Shown: piece by piece, positions 34,099 to 34,224 of the stretch
Layout of the letters: each line of letters opens with the position of its first letter
Numbering within the stretch: position 1 is the stretch's first letter
Origin: Rhodospirillales bacterium
Lineage (GTDB): Bacteria > Pseudomonadota > Alphaproteobacteria > CACIAM-22H2
Reading direction: 5' to 3'
Assembly: GCA_016195145.1 (NCBI GenBank)
Contig: JACQAF010000115.1
Coordinates: forward strand, 1-34,224
DNA: 34,224 nt
Program-made: the position numbers and the translations under genes
Notes under the pieces: model-generated
What the model was told of the DNA's origin: nothing
The model's database searches: none
The model's input: only the letters and a program-made list of their open reading frames with translations

Positions 34099-34224
34099 AT
34101 GTACGAAATGGGCGGATATTTTACCTTCGGATTGATCATTGCCGCCGCCGTCGTGATTTTCCCCCTGTGGCGGATTTTCGCCCGGGCGGGGCTTAATCCG
34201 GCGCTGTCGCTGTTCGCGTTCGTC
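34099..34224 (+). CDS. Small hydrophobic membrane protein, 5' part only (runs off the window)
   Basis: My translation from ATG 34099 (RBS GAGGGAGGA at 34087-34095) reads MYEMGGYFTFGLIIAAAVVIFPLWRIFARAGLNPALSLFAFV and is open to the window end. No family is recognised. Confidence 0.5.
   Translation, partial: MYEMGGYFTFGLIIAAAVVIFPLWRIFARAGLNPALSLFAFV

Noticed and set aside
1-34224. Many long ORFs antisense to or frame-shifted from the called genes, e.g. 1652-2740(-), 7462-8865(+), 7904-9241(-), 12337-13527(+), 13245-14417(-), 16352-17239 part(+), 20074-22152(-), 24204-25346(-), 30677-31717(+), 32894-34081(-)
   Set aside because: Their translations are Arg/Ala/Pro/Gly-rich low-complexity strings with no motifs. 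They fully overlap genes that have clear family signatures. Shadow ORFs of this kind are expected in high-GC DNA, where stop codons are rare.
1-34224. CRISPR arrays, IS elements/transposases, integrases, prophage genes, toxin-antitoxin pairs, rRNA/tRNA genes
   Set aside because: I scanned both strands and all intergenic regions by eye. There are no regularly spaced repeats, no DDE/HUH/tyrosine-recombinase-like ORFs and no tRNA cloverleaf candidates. The only nucleotide-level repeat found is the 30-nt duplication inside the Gly-rich tail.

Overview
High-GC chromosomal segment, probably alphaproteobacterial (Hyphomicrobiales/Rhizobiales-like). That assignment is inferred only from gene content such as IalB-rlmN, DUF1127 and tesA-ybbA-ybbP. 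About 40 protein-coding genes are tightly packed on both strands. By eye I found no rRNA, tRNA, CRISPR array, transposase/IS, integrase or phage genes. Gene order: partial 2Fe-2S/FNR-type reductase (-), then a MarR-headed cluster (marR, acyl-CoA synthetase, broken aldehyde dehydrogenase, SDR, Zn-ADH), BI-1/YccA, ybbP-ybbA (-) divergent from tesA, and an RRM-type RNA-binding gene behind a 445-bp lower-GC leader. Next come a FIST sensor protein, Tas-like aldo/keto reductase, ThpR, fructosamine kinase + LMW-PTP (-), CobB sirtuin overlapping a UDG-family gene, cytidine deaminase + zincin peptidase (-), pterin carbinolamine dehydratase, an HADH2-like SDR and DUF3429. Then three tandem EamA/DMT transporter paralogues (-), acetoacetyl-CoA synthetase, MFS, DinB, a LysR regulator divergent from a DUF1127 small protein, an asparaginase-II-like / quinone oxidoreductase / SAM-methyltransferase operon (-), SpoU-type methyltransferase, IalB, rlmN and a partial small membrane protein. 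I do not see a convincing new multi-gene system such as defence, secretion or a mobile element; this looks like ordinary core/accessory metabolism. The most notable signal is a run of independent gene lesions: ALDH with an internal deletion plus frameshift, Tas with a 1-nt shift right after its start codon, an RRM gene lacking its RNP2 half with a decayed RNP2-like remnant upstream, an asparaginase-II homologue missing a central block, and a SpoU gene whose 5' end overlaps the divergent neighbour. Secondary observations are a nested triple palindrome (putative MarR operator), the triple EamA array, the LysR/DUF1127 pair and several start/stop overlaps. All functional calls come from motif recognition in the translations; no database search was possible.
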